Assembly (NCBI GenBank): GCA_951800155.1
Contig: CATOJL010000002.1
Coordinates: 1-33,983 of the forward strand
Direction of reading: 5' to 3'
DNA: 33,983 bases
DNA from: an uncultured Bacilli bacterium
Lineage (GTDB): Bacteria; Bacillota_I; Bacilli_A; RF39; UBA660
Each line of letters begins with the position of its first letter. The stretch's first letter is position 1. The position numbers were made by a program, and so were the translations under genes. The notes under the pieces were generated by a model. It saw only the letters and a program-made list of their open reading frames with translations. It did not search any database and was not told the origin of the DNA. This document shows, piece by piece, positions 1 through 9,279 of this stretch.

Positions 1-132
1 CTCTGTTTCAAATTTAATTTCATCCATAAAACAGGCCAACCTCTTCAATAACTTTCATTCAATTTCGAATTTTTCAAAGTACATTTTACCAATTTATTTA
101 CATCAAGTCAAATCTTAAATTAAAAGATGATT

Positions 133-157
133 AAAAAAGAAGTTATTGCTAACTTCT
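133..157 (-). terminator. Putative intrinsic terminator after the ParB/Noc-family gene
   Basis: The minus strand reads AGAAGTT-agcaat-AACTTCT followed by TTTTT. The stem begins inside the TAG stop codon. Confidence 0.5.
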
Positions 158-1892
158 AATCAATTTTATTAATTTTAAATACTACTTGGTAATGATCATC
201 AAAATCTAATTCATCGGTATCAATTGTATAGCCACTTTTCTCAATTTGTGCTGCACAATTACGGATTAGATTAATCACCTGTTTCATATCCATAGTAATA
301 ACAGGACCCTGTTCCTCCATAAGAGGTTGTAACATAGGTTCTTCCATTCGATTATTTCCCATAGTGCCTAACTCTACAACAGAAGAATTTGTAAATTCTT
401 GGTTATCATTTAATTGAAATGGTTGCACTGTATTCATTAATTCAGGTTGCGTCTGTACTGGTTGACTCATATCTGGAGTCACTGGTACATTTGGCATTGG
501 AATAGGTTCTGAATAGTTTGGATTCATTGGTTCCATCACTGGACTAGTTGGCACTGGATTTTGAGGTACAATTGTATCCATTCCAAAAGGATTAAAATTC
601 ATATTCTGTGGTTGTTCAGGCATAGCTTGATTTGAATTTTGTGGTTGATTTCCATTCATATTTCCGTTTGTATCTTCCCCAAACATATTGAAAAATCTTC
701 CTCCAACAGGCATATCTCCATTAGAGGTATCATCCAAAGTGTCATGCATTGGTTGTGGAACATTGTTCATCACACCCATATTTTGTGGTTGTACTCCCAT
801 TTGAGAACCAGCTGATAGATTCATTCCAGAATCAACTGGATTTTGAGTAGGCATTTGAAATTCAGGTTGCATTGGATTAAATGCTTGAGGTTGCATCATA
901 TCTGCCGAAAATGGATTTCCAATTGAAGGTTGTCCTATTCCCCCATTTGCCCCAAACATTGGATTTGGTGCTGGAATTCCATCATTTGCATTCATAAAAG
1001 ATGGAGCCTCCACAGGTTGCCCATAAGGTTGCATTCCCATTCCTTGATTCATATTTGTTGCCATATTTGGCTGTGCATTCATTGATCCATCTTGTTGGGT
1101 ACTAGGTCCTACAATTGGAGCATTTGGTATATTAAATTGTTGCATATAATCATTATTATTCATAGTATTTTCCTCTTTTTCTTCCTTTATTTCTTCTTTT
1201 TCACTCTTTTTTTCTATTGGTTGTAGATTCTCCAATATTTCTGTTTTTTTCGCATCTCCGCTTTCACTTGCACTGTTTTCACTATTCTCTCCAAATAGAA
1301 TCTTATTAATTTCTTCATCTGTCTTTCTAACAGTCATTCGATTTTTAATAATTTTCTCCAACATTTCATCTTGTTTATCTTGAGGAAGGCGTAGAATAGA
1401 TCTCGCATGACGTTCAGAGATTCTCTCTTGTAACAAGGCTTCTTGCACAGTATCTGTTAAATTCAAAAGCCGCAACTTATTTGCAATCGTCGATTGCGTT
1501 TTTCCTAATTTCTCAGCTAATTCGCTTTGATTCATATATCCCATATCTAAAATTTTTCTATAAGATATAGCCTCTTCTATAGGGGTTAAGTTTTGTCTTT
1601 GCACATTTTCAATTAAAGCAATTTCAGCACTATCTTTATCATTTAAGTCAGTAACAATGGCCGGAATTGTATCTTTTCCAGCAAGTACACTCGCCTTATA
1701 TCTTCTCTCTCCTGCAATAATTTCATACTTATCCGCTACTTTTCGTACAATAATTGGTTCAATAACCCCATACTGTTTAATCGATTCTGTCAATTCATTA
1801 ATTGCGACCTCATCAAAAACAATTCTTGGTTGAAATCGATTTGGTAGTATATCATCTAATTTTAAAGTATGGACTTCTTTAGACATTTGCAT
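156..1892 (-). CDS. noc: ParB/Noc-family CTP-dependent DNA-binding protein (Noc-like) with a very long low-complexity linker
   Basis: 578-aa ORF. Motifs present: ParB box I LPNRFQPR, arginine patch IAGERRYKA, and HTH segment GKTQSTIANKLRLLNL...ISERHARS. The C-terminal 48 aa (MKQVINLIRN..EKSGYTIDTDELDFDDHYQVVFKI) resemble the Noc C-terminus as I recall it. The gene sits next to rsmG, as noc does in B. subtilis. Noc versus Spo0J identity is inferred, not proven. An alternative start is M3 at 1886. Confidence 0.85.
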   Translation of the reverse strand: MQMSKEVHTLKLDDILPNRFQPRIVFDEVAINELTESIKQYGVIEPIIVRKVADKYEIIAGERRYKASVLAGKDTIPAIVTDLNDKDSAEIALIENVQRQNLTPIEEAISYRKILDMGYMNQSELAEKLGKTQSTIANKLRLLNLTDTVQEALLQERISERHARSILRLPQDKQDEMLEKIIKNRMTVRKTDEEINKILFGENSENSASESGDAKKTEILENLQPIEKKSEKEEIKEEKEENTMNNNDYMQQFNIPNAPIVGPSTQQDGSMNAQPNMATNMNQGMGMQPYGQPVEAPSFMNANDGIPAPNPMFGANGGIGQPSIGNPFSADMMQPQAFNPMQPEFQMPTQNPVDSGMNLSAGSQMGVQPQNMGVMNNVPQPMHDTLDDTSNGDMPVGGRFFNMFGEDTNGNMNGNQPQNSNQAMPEQPQNMNFNPFGMDTIVPQNPVPTSPVMEPMNPNYSEPIPMPNVPVTPDMSQPVQTQPELMNTVQPFQLNDNQEFTNSSVVELGTMGNNRMEEPMLQPLMEEQGPVITMDMKQVINLIRNCAAQIEKSGYTIDTDELDFDDHYQVVFKINKID

Positions 1893-2004
1893 AATAAAAA
1901 ATCCCCTTCCATTCTTACTCTTTAACTATAATCTTACTATACTTTGGGAAATAATTCAATTCTTTTTTGTAATTTTTTCATTTTATTCACTCACAAAAAA
2001 AGAA

Positions 2005-2718
2005 TTACCACTTGCAATTCTTAATTTCCTTATATTTTCTAGGATATTTTTTAGGGGTAACTTCTTTTTTGGTAAAAGATACTAAAGTTCTTTTGCTATT
2101 TTCTATTGGAAGAAGAAAGGTTTGTATTTTCATTTTTCCTAATTTAAGAATTGTTTCTACTTTTTCTATATTTTGTAGCTCTTCCTCTTGCAAATCACCT
2201 TTCATGAATACTAATTTTCCACCTGCTTTTAAAGAAGGAGAAGCATATTCTACTAATTCCTTTAATGGGGCAACGGCCCTCGCAGTAACTATATCAAACA
2301 TTTCGCGGTTTATTTTAGCATAGTCCTCCATACGATCATGAATGGCACAAATACCTTTTAAATGCAACTCCTCGATTACTTTTCTTAAAAAAAGAACTCT
2401 TTTATTTAATGCATCTACCAAAGTAACTTGTAAATTTGGAAAGACAATTTTTAAAACTAAACCAGGAAATCCAGCACCTGTTCCAATATCACAAAGGCTA
2501 CCTTCTTTTTTCAAATCAACTTCCTTTATTAAAGTTAAACTATCATAAAAATGCTTTAAATAAACTTGTTCTTTTTCCGTTATCGCTGTTAAATTCATTT
2601 TTTGATTTTCTTCAATCAGGAGTTGATAATATTGCTCTAACTGTTCGACCTGCCCTTTTTCTAAAACAATCCCTAATTTTTGTACTTCTTTTATAAATTC
2701 TTCTTTAGTCATTTGCAT
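2005..2718 (-). CDS. rsmG: 16S rRNA (guanine527-N7)-methyltransferase RsmG (GidB)
   Basis: 237-aa ORF with SAM-binding motif DIGTGAGFPG. It lies downstream of mnmG in the conserved position and overlaps the mnmG 3' end. Confidence 0.93.
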   Translation of the reverse strand: MQMTKEEFIKEVQKLGIVLEKGQVEQLEQYYQLLIEENQKMNLTAITEKEQVYLKHFYDSLTLIKEVDLKKEGSLCDIGTGAGFPGLVLKIVFPNLQVTLVDALNKRVLFLRKVIEELHLKGICAIHDRMEDYAKINREMFDIVTARAVAPLKELVEYASPSLKAGGKLVFMKGDLQEEELQNIEKVETILKLGKMKIQTFLLPIENSKRTLVSFTKKEVTPKKYPRKYKEIKNCKW

Positions 2719-4573
2719 ATTCCTTCTTTATATAAATAGACAATATAGAAATATCTGCGGGATTCACCCCACTAATTCGTAGAGCTTGTCCTATCGAGGT
2801 TGGACAAACTTCTTTTAATTTTTGCCTTGCTTCACTAGCAATATTTTTTATTTTATCATAATCAATATCCGCAGGAATTTTTTGATTCTCTAGTTTCAAC
2901 ATTTTAGAAGCTTCTCGATTCGCTTTTTCTATATATCCTTCATATTTTATCTGTATTTCCACTTGTTCCTTCACTGGATCCTCGTAAGAGATTTGGATAA
3001 AATGCTCTATATTTTCCATTTGAATTTCTGGCCTTTTTAACAATTGATAAAGAGAAATTCCATCCTGTAAAGTGGCGGAACTTACACTCTCTAAGTATTT
3101 ATTTGTTTCTATAGTAGGAGTGATTTTATTTTGTTTTAAATATTCTTTTAATTTATCTATTTCTTTTTCTTTTTCACACAACTTTTGGTATTGTTCTTCA
3201 TGAATTAGACCACATTCGTATCCATATCCTCGAAGCCTTAAATCAGCATTATCATGTCTTAAAAGAAGGCGATATTCTGCTCTTGAAGTAAGTAAACGGT
3301 ATGGATCCCGGATCCCCTTCGTTACTAAATCATCAATTAGAACACCAATGTATGCTTCATTTCTTTTTAATATGAGTGGTTCTTTTCCTTCTAAATACAA
3401 AGAAGCATTGAGTCCTGCCATTAATCCTTGACAAGCTGCTTCCTCATATCCACTTGTTCCATTGATTTGGCCAGCTGTATATAAATTTCTAATTTTTTTC
3501 GTTTCTAAGCTTCTTTTTAACTGGGTTGGATAAATAGCATCATACTCAATTGCATAAGCATACTTTAAAATTTTAGCCTGTTCTAACCCTTCAATACTAT
3601 GTACCATTTTCTCTTGTACATCGTGAGGCATCGATGTAGAAAACCCTTGCAAATAAATATCATCATAATATAAACTCTCTGGTTCTAAAAAAAGTTGATG
3701 TTTCTCTTTATCCGAAAAACGAACAATCTTATCTTCAATGGATGGACAATAGCGGGGTCCTATCCCTTTTATATCATCAAGTCCTCCATACATACTCGAC
3801 TTTTCTAAATTATCTTTAATAATTTGATGTGTTTTTTCATTTGTATAGACAATGTGACAAGGAATTTGATCTTCTATCTTATAATTAGGTTCCCTATCAA
3901 AACTAAATGTATGATAAATAGAATCACCATATTCAACCTTTGTTTTTGAAAAATCAATCGTATTTTTATCCAATCTTTGAGGCGTACCTGTTTTAAGTCT
4001 TTTAATTTCAAAACCTAACTTCGCTAAATTATCACTGAGATGATTGGAAGGCTTCTCCCCATGTGGACCTTCTCTTCTTCGCGTAGAGCCAACTAAGATA
4101 TCTGCTTTTAAGTAAGTTCCTGTAGTTAAAATCACACAAATAGACTCTATTTTTTCACCATTTTCTAAAATCACACCTTTTACTGTACTCTCTTCAACAA
4201 TTAAATCCTCAACAATGGCTTCTTTGATTTCTAGTAAAGGTTCCTTTTCAAGTGTCTTAAGCATTTCTTTTGGATAAGTAATTTTATCACCTTGTGCACG
4301 CAAAGCCTGAACAGCAGGTCCTTTTTTATAATTTAACATTTTTATTTGTATCTGTGCCTTATCGGCATTTTTACCCATTTCGCCACCTAAAGCATCAATT
4401 TCTCTCACTACAATTCCTTTAGCGCTTCCCCCAATGGATGGATTACATGGCATATCTGCTATATTTTTAATATTTCCCGTAATCAGTAATGTTTTATGTC
4501 CTTTCCTAGCACAGGCTAAAGAGGCTTCACAGCCTGCATGTCCTCCACCGACAACAATAACTTCGTATTTCAT
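2705..4573 (-). CDS. mnmG: tRNA uridine 5-carboxymethylaminomethyl modification enzyme MnmG (GidA)
   Basis: 622-aa ORF. N-terminal FAD-binding motif VIVVGGGHAGCEA. Full-length GidA-like sequence (GPRYCPSIEDK, TSRAEYRLLLR). Confidence 0.97.
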   Translation of the reverse strand: MKYEVIVVGGGHAGCEASLACARKGHKTLLITGNIKNIADMPCNPSIGGSAKGIVVREIDALGGEMGKNADKAQIQIKMLNYKKGPAVQALRAQGDKITYPKEMLKTLEKEPLLEIKEAIVEDLIVEESTVKGVILENGEKIESICVILTTGTYLKADILVGSTRRREGPHGEKPSNHLSDNLAKLGFEIKRLKTGTPQRLDKNTIDFSKTKVEYGDSIYHTFSFDREPNYKIEDQIPCHIVYTNEKTHQIIKDNLEKSSMYGGLDDIKGIGPRYCPSIEDKIVRFSDKEKHQLFLEPESLYYDDIYLQGFSTSMPHDVQEKMVHSIEGLEQAKILKYAYAIEYDAIYPTQLKRSLETKKIRNLYTAGQINGTSGYEEAACQGLMAGLNASLYLEGKEPLILKRNEAYIGVLIDDLVTKGIRDPYRLLTSRAEYRLLLRHDNADLRLRGYGYECGLIHEEQYQKLCEKEKEIDKLKEYLKQNKITPTIETNKYLESVSSATLQDGISLYQLLKRPEIQMENIEHFIQISYEDPVKEQVEIQIKYEGYIEKANREASKMLKLENQKIPADIDYDKIKNIASEARQKLKEVCPTSIGQALRISGVNPADISILSIYIKKEYAND

Positions 4574-4758
4574 AAAATCACTTCCTCTTGCCTTTCATCA
4601 TTATACTATCAATTGTTTGATGAAACAAGTTATTTATAAAGACATTCGCTTTATTTTAGTCATGGATTTTTTCTATTTTATTATCCTCTTACAAGTACTT
4701 CTATTTGAATAGAAGAATGTAAAGAACTTATTTATTTTTCAGGCATAAAAAACTCCTG

Positions 4759-4780
4759 AAAAAAAGCATAATTATTATGC
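4759..4780 (-). terminator. Possible intrinsic terminator between mnmE and mnmG
   Basis: The minus strand reads GCATAA-taa-TTATGC followed by TTTTTTT, about 130 nt downstream of the mnmE stop. The stem is short and AT-rich. Confidence 0.4.
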
Positions 4781-4909
4781 CATTTTCCCTATGATCTTAA
4801 AATTTCATAACTAGATTTCATTTTTAAACTTAAAATCTTTCTATTTAATTCCAAAAGAATATTACTTCTAGGATAGAAATAAGAAAAAAGAATTTATTCC
4901 TAAATACAA

Positions 4910-6262
4910 CTATTTTCCTAAACAAAAACGACTAAATAGTTCATCTATTAATTCTTCCTCGTAAGTTTCTCCAATTATCTCTCCTAAATCATTCCAAATT
5001 TCTCTTATATCCATTGCCAACATATCAACAGGCAACTTTCCATCAATTTGTTTTTCTACATCCTGCACTTTTTCATAAGCTCTTTTTAAAAGCGCTATAC
5101 TTCTAGCATTTGTTAAATAAGTTAAGTCTTTTCCTATTCCTGTTTCTAAAAAAAGATCGACCATTTTCTTTTTTAGCTCTTCTATTCCCTGCTGTTCTTT
5201 AACACTTACTCGAACAATATGATTCTCATCTATTTCTTGTAAAGAAAGTACAGGTTCTAAATCCATTTTATTCACAATTACTAAGTATTTCTTCTGTTTT
5301 ATTTTCTCTAACAGTTCTATTTCTTCTTGCGTCAAGCACTTATTATTATTTACTAAAAATAAAATAAAATCTGCCGTGTCTATGAATTGTTTACTTTTTT
5401 CAACACCTAAACTTTCTACAAGATCATTGGTTTGCCGAATACCTGCTGTATCAATCATATCAAACTGTAAACTATTTATTAAAATGGAACCTTCTACCGT
5501 ATCCCTCGTCGTTCCTTCTATATCCGTTACGATTGCTTTTTCCTCATTTAATAATATATTAAGAAGACTACTTTTACCGACATTTGGTAGTCCTAAAATT
5601 GCTGTCTTTATACCTGTTTTCAACACTTTTCCATCTTCACTTTTACTTAATAAATCATACATTTTTTTCTTCAAAGATATAATTTTCATTCGTAACATTT
5701 GATGTGTCATTTCTACGTTTTCTTCATACTCTGGATAATCAATATTGACTTCTATTTGTGTTAATATTGCTATTGTATCTTCCCTTAATTCCCTTATTTT
5801 CTTAGAAACATCACCACACACTTGATTCATGGCAAGTCCCCTTGCATTTTCAGTATTTGCGTGAATTAAATCCATCACTCCTTCTGCCTGTTGCAAATCA
5901 ATTCTTCCATTTAAAAAAGCTCTTTTTGTAAATTCGCCAGGTTCAGCTAAACGTGCTCCATGCACGAGAACTAATTCCAATATCTTTTTTGTAGTTGCTA
6001 CTCCTCCATGGCAATTGATTTCCACAATATCCTCAGTTGTAAATGTTTTTGGAGAACGCATAATAGACACCAATACTTCATCTATCTTTTGACCATCTTC
6101 AAGAATAAAACCATAATGAATCGTGTGTGAAGGTGCATCGAGAAATGCATCATTCGAAAAAATTTTCTGCACAGTCGTTATCGCATCTGGACCACTAACA
6201 CGAATAATTGATATTGCCCCTACCCCTTGCGCGGTTGAAATAGCTGCAATTGTATCATTCAT
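4910..6262 (-). CDS. mnmE: tRNA modification GTPase MnmE (TrmE/ThdF)
   Basis: 450-aa ORF. G-domain P-loop GLPNVGKSSLLN, DTAGIR motif, and C-terminal FCLGK (C-[IL]-G-K) motif. Confidence 0.97.
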   Translation of the reverse strand: MNDTIAAISTAQGVGAISIIRVSGPDAITTVQKIFSNDAFLDAPSHTIHYGFILEDGQKIDEVLVSIMRSPKTFTTEDIVEINCHGGVATTKKILELVLVHGARLAEPGEFTKRAFLNGRIDLQQAEGVMDLIHANTENARGLAMNQVCGDVSKKIRELREDTIAILTQIEVNIDYPEYEENVEMTHQMLRMKIISLKKKMYDLLSKSEDGKVLKTGIKTAILGLPNVGKSSLLNILLNEEKAIVTDIEGTTRDTVEGSILINSLQFDMIDTAGIRQTNDLVESLGVEKSKQFIDTADFILFLVNNNKCLTQEEIELLEKIKQKKYLVIVNKMDLEPVLSLQEIDENHIVRVSVKEQQGIEELKKKMVDLFLETGIGKDLTYLTNARSIALLKRAYEKVQDVEKQIDGKLPVDMLAMDIREIWNDLGEIIGETYEEELIDELFSRFCLGK

Positions 6263-6774
6263 GATTTACCACCTCTAATCCCAAATAACTTTAAAAAAAA
6301 TGTTGGATGCAAGAATACTTCTAACGAAACCCATTTATCTACAAGAGTAATTAACCAAGCTTCTCTATATTTAGGAGGAACCTTATTTAAAGGGAACATA
6401 TGTCTTTCAATAATATTTTTTATCTTTTCATTCATATATTCAGGAAAATAAAATTCAGCATTTATTAAAGCTTGATGAGCATGGACAAAGCCATGCTTTT
6501 TAAAAAAAGGACTTTTCTCTTTTTTATCTTGCCATGGTTTATCATAAAAATCATGGAGTAACCCTCCTACTGCTATACTCCTTGCATCCATACTTTTCAA
6601 TTTTTTAGCAATTTTATAAGCAACTTGGGATACTTTTAGTGAATGATCATACACTGTAATATTTCCATGATGCTTATAGTTCTTTCTCTTTTGAAATTCT
6701 TCACTCTCTAAAATTTCCTTTATTATATCATAGTATTCTTTCTCCATACTTTCCCTTTCCATGAAAAAACACAT
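6259..6774 (-). CDS. HD-domain metal-dependent phosphohydrolase, specific function unknown
   Basis: 171-aa ORF carrying H...HD signatures (YDHSLKV, GGLLHDFY, HGFVHAH). Its stop overlaps the mnmE start by 4 nt (ATGA). The true start may be an internal ATG (6762 or 6747). Confidence 0.75.
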   Translation of the reverse strand: MCFFMERESMEKEYYDIIKEILESEEFQKRKNYKHHGNITVYDHSLKVSQVAYKIAKKLKSMDARSIAVGGLLHDFYDKPWQDKKEKSPFFKKHGFVHAHQALINAEFYFPEYMNEKIKNIIERHMFPLNKVPPKYREAWLITLVDKWVSLEVFLHPTFFLKLFGIRGGKS

Positions 6775-6784
6775 ATTCTGTGTT

Positions 6785-7399
6785 TTATTTTTCTACATAT
6801 CGAATGACAATATGTCTTTCTTTTCCCTCACCAATACTTTCTGTCTTTAAATGGTCTATCGTACTAATTATCGTGTGCACCTTTCTTCTCTCATAAGAAT
6901 TCATAGGATCTAGGGACACATCTATCTTTGAAGACAATACTTCTTTCGCAATTTCTTCTATTTGCCTTTCAATATTTCTTACCTTTTGCTCTTTATAACC
7001 AGCAATATCAACATGGATGGGAATCATTTGTCCTACATTTTTTAAAAGAGCCTGTCTTAATAAAACTTGAAAATACGCAAGAGTCTTTCCTTCCCTTCCT
7101 ATTAATATAGGATTATTATCACTATCAAGTACTAATTTAAAGAAATCCTCTTCTTCTGTTAATTTGTAATCCATTTTAATATTTGCTAAATGAGAAAATT
7201 CCTTCACATATTCTTCTATAAAAGTACGAACATCTAGTTTTGTAACTACTGTTAATTTATAACGCTGCCCTTTAAAAAGACCTGCTTGTGTAGTTTCTTC
7301 TTGTATATATAATTCATCGACAGGAAATTGCAACTCTTCCTTTATTTTCACCAAAAGATCCTCTCTATCTTTTCCTTCATATTCTCTTTTATTTATCAT
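6785..7399 (-). CDS. jag: Jag/KhpB RNA-binding protein (KH + R3H domains)
   Basis: 204-aa ORF with a C-terminal R3H-like segment (LDPMNSYERRKVHTIIS). It holds the conserved position downstream of yidC and overlaps the yidC stop. Confidence 0.9.
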   Translation of the reverse strand: MINKREYEGKDREDLLVKIKEELQFPVDELYIQEETTQAGLFKGQRYKLTVVTKLDVRTFIEEYVKEFSHLANIKMDYKLTEEEDFFKLVLDSDNNPILIGREGKTLAYFQVLLRQALLKNVGQMIPIHVDIAGYKEQKVRNIERQIEEIAKEVLSSKIDVSLDPMNSYERRKVHTIISTIDHLKTESIGEGKERHIVIRYVEK

Positions 7400-8333
7400 G
7401 CTTCTTTTCCCTTCTCATCACTAAATTTTGAACAATCGTAAATACATTCGATGTTACCCAATAAATAGCTATACCACTTGAAATAGAGAAAGAAGCAATC
7501 GTCATAAATACAACCATAAATAAATTCATCATTTTCATCTGATGGGCTTGTTCATCAGACATAACGGTTGCTTTTGCATTAAGTTTAAAGGAATAATAAG
7601 TTGCTCCAGCAATTAAGAAAATAAAAATTAAATATTGATAATGTCCAGCAAATACAGCAGTAAGTGGACTTGTTCCTAATTGAAAACCTAAAAACGTTTC
7701 TTCAAATATAACAGGAATACGACTAATTGCTTCATAAAATGCAAAGAATAAAGGAATTTGTAAGAAGGCAAATAAACATCCAGACATCGGATTAATATTA
7801 TATTTTTTATAAATCAACAACATTTCCTGACTCTTCTGCATCATGGCTTCCTGATCCGTTTTATTTTTATATTTCTTTTCTAATTTTTCAAGTTCTGGCT
7901 TTGCTTTCTGCATACTTAAAGATTGTTTCTGTGCTTTTCCAGAAAGAGGCCAGACAAGTGCACGAATGGCTATCGTAATCAAAATTAAGGCAAGACCATA
8001 GCTTTTTATAAAATGACCAAATTGAATAATTACAATAGCTAAAGGTTTAACAAAAATGCTTGTCCATATCCCCTCATATTTTCCTGTTAAATTTAAATTC
8101 TCACAAGCAGGAAGTTCTTCTAAATTTACCCTTTTATCTGCATCTACCTTTGCATCATATTCTTTATATAAATTTACTATCTCCTCTTCCTGTGGCCTAC
8201 ATAGGATATTTTTAGTAAGTGTCTGCCCTGTTTTTTCATATTTGACAGCTTGTTTTCCATCTTTTAAATAAGTCGTACATCCACTAAGTAAAAAAATACA
8301 TAAGAATATAGCAATCAATTTCTTTTTCTTCAT
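7389..8333 (-). CDS. yidC: Membrane protein insertase YidC/OxaA (SpoIIIJ-type lipoprotein)
   Basis: 314-aa ORF. Lipoprotein signal ...FLLSGC, multiple TM segments, and YidC-like core (MQKAKPELEKLEKKYK, YKKYNINPMSGCL). Confidence 0.95.
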   Translation of the reverse strand: MKKKKLIAIFLCIFLLSGCTTYLKDGKQAVKYEKTGQTLTKNILCRPQEEEIVNLYKEYDAKVDADKRVNLEELPACENLNLTGKYEGIWTSIFVKPLAIVIIQFGHFIKSYGLALILITIAIRALVWPLSGKAQKQSLSMQKAKPELEKLEKKYKNKTDQEAMMQKSQEMLLIYKKYNINPMSGCLFAFLQIPLFFAFYEAISRIPVIFEETFLGFQLGTSPLTAVFAGHYQYLIFIFLIAGATYYSFKLNAKATVMSDEQAHQMKMMNLFMVVFMTIASFSISSGIAIYWVTSNVFTIVQNLVMRREKKHDK

Positions 8334-8671
8334 TCACTTATCTCCTTTTCTATTTTCAATCTATGAATTTGTTCAAACAAACTTTCCATCATCTGTTCAA
8401 AATCTAATTCCAACAAACTCTTTCTTACTATTATAATACAATTGAATCCTTTTTTATAGTCTTTTTTGTCAAGGATACTTTTTATTTGCCTTTTTATGCG
8501 ATTTCTAACAACTGCATTTCCTATTTTTTTGCTAACCGAAATACCAAAATGGTACATATCCTCCCCTGTTCTATCTAAATATAGAATGTAATGCTTACTT
8601 TTATAAGGTTTTCTTTCTTTAATAATTTTAGTAAAATCTCGACTATTTTTTAAGATATTTATCTTTTTCAT
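8330..8671 (-). CDS. rnpA: Ribonuclease P protein component RnpA
   Basis: Basic protein (KKIGNAVVRNRIKRQIK) located between rpmH and yidC. I place the start at ATG 8671, which is preceded by GGAGGAG. The ORF track begins at an upstream GTG (8698) that has no SD. Confidence 0.9.
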   Translation of the reverse strand: MKKINILKNSRDFTKIIKERKPYKSKHYILYLDRTGEDMYHFGISVSKKIGNAVVRNRIKRQIKSILDKKDYKKGFNCIIIVRKSLLELDFEQMMESLFEQIHRLKIEKEISE

Positions 8672-8716
8672 GAATCTCCTCCGTTTTAAAAAATCCACTG
8701 CGTTACAGTGGAAATT

Positions 8717-8839
8717 TTAATGTGATAAAACTTTGCGTCCTTTTTTGCGACGTCGATTGATGATTTTCGTTTCCATACGAGCAAAAAATCCTTGCTTCTT
8801 ACTTCTTCTTCGATTATTTGGTTGATAAGTTCTTTTCAT
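8717..8839 (-). CDS. rpmH: 50S ribosomal protein L34
   Basis: Hand translation of the minus strand gives [48 protein letters not shown] lies upstream. The ORF is below the track's length cutoff. Confidence 0.93.
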   Translation of the reverse strand: MKRTYQPNNRRRSKKQGFFARMETKIINRRRKKGRKVLSH

Positions 8840-8989
8840 TTTCACACCTCCTGCGTCTTTTCATAAATACTTTTTCCATTATATAGATAAAAGGGGGCTT
8901 TGTCAATTTTTTAGAGTAATATTAGAGAAAAAAGAGAGAAGGGGATTCGTTTCTATACAGGAAATGTAGAAAAGTGGAGAGGATGTTTA

Positions 8990-9200
8990 AAATTTTTTTG
9001 TCTTTTCGACAATTTTCATCTTTTTGACAACTTTTTCGACATGACTCGACATTTATTTTTCAAACCTTTTACAAGTTTTAAACATTTTTGTTCAAAACTC
9101 TATAAACATGTTTACACATAGAGCATAACTTTTTGTACATTTTTGTTCAAAATTGTCGTAATACTTATAAATATACTGTTTTTTATGTTCAAAAGTTGGT
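8990..9200. promoter_or_regulatory. oriC upstream part: cluster of repeated DnaA-box-like 9-mers
   Basis: TTTTCGACA at 9003-9011 and 9033-9041, TTTTTGACA at 9021-9029, GACTCGACA at 9043-9051, TTTTGTACA at 9131-9139. On the opposite strand, TTTTGAACA at 9089-9097, 9144-9152 and 9186-9194. The cluster lies in the rpmH-dnaA divergent gap, where gene orientation switches. Confidence 0.6.
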
Positions 9201-9279
9201 TTAAACCCTTAAAAATCCTTTTTTCTCTTTTTTTTTGTAGAAAAATAGGGTAAAATGGTATGCAGGGAGGATGTTTTTT

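Noticed and set aside
1-27. Possible start of a minus-strand gene leaving the window (ATGGATGAAATTAAATTTGAAACAGAG, MDEIKFETE...)
   Set aside because: Only 9 codons are visible and the SD-like GAAGAGG is poorly spaced (12 nt). This cannot be supported from the window, and the sequence does not look like the Soj/ParA N-terminus expected after noc.
2012-2696. Three plus-strand ORFs (103, 68 and 86 aa) antisense to rsmG
   Set aside because: They lie entirely within a well-supported minus-strand gene. Their sequences are low-complexity and hydrophobic, as expected for antisense frames in AT-rich DNA, and they have no SD.
1872-2719. Near-identical 20-mer at the starts of noc and rsmG (TATGCAAATG[T/A]CTAAAGAAG, both proteins begin MQM[S/T]KE)
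   Set aside because: A 19/20 match can arise by chance in a window this AT-rich. No structural or regulatory logic is evident, so it is noted only as a curiosity.
8672-8698. Upstream GTG start for rnpA (MDFLKRRRF extension)
   Set aside because: No SD precedes it, whereas ATG 8671 is preceded by GGAGGAG at proper spacing. The extension would also nearly abut the rpmH stop.
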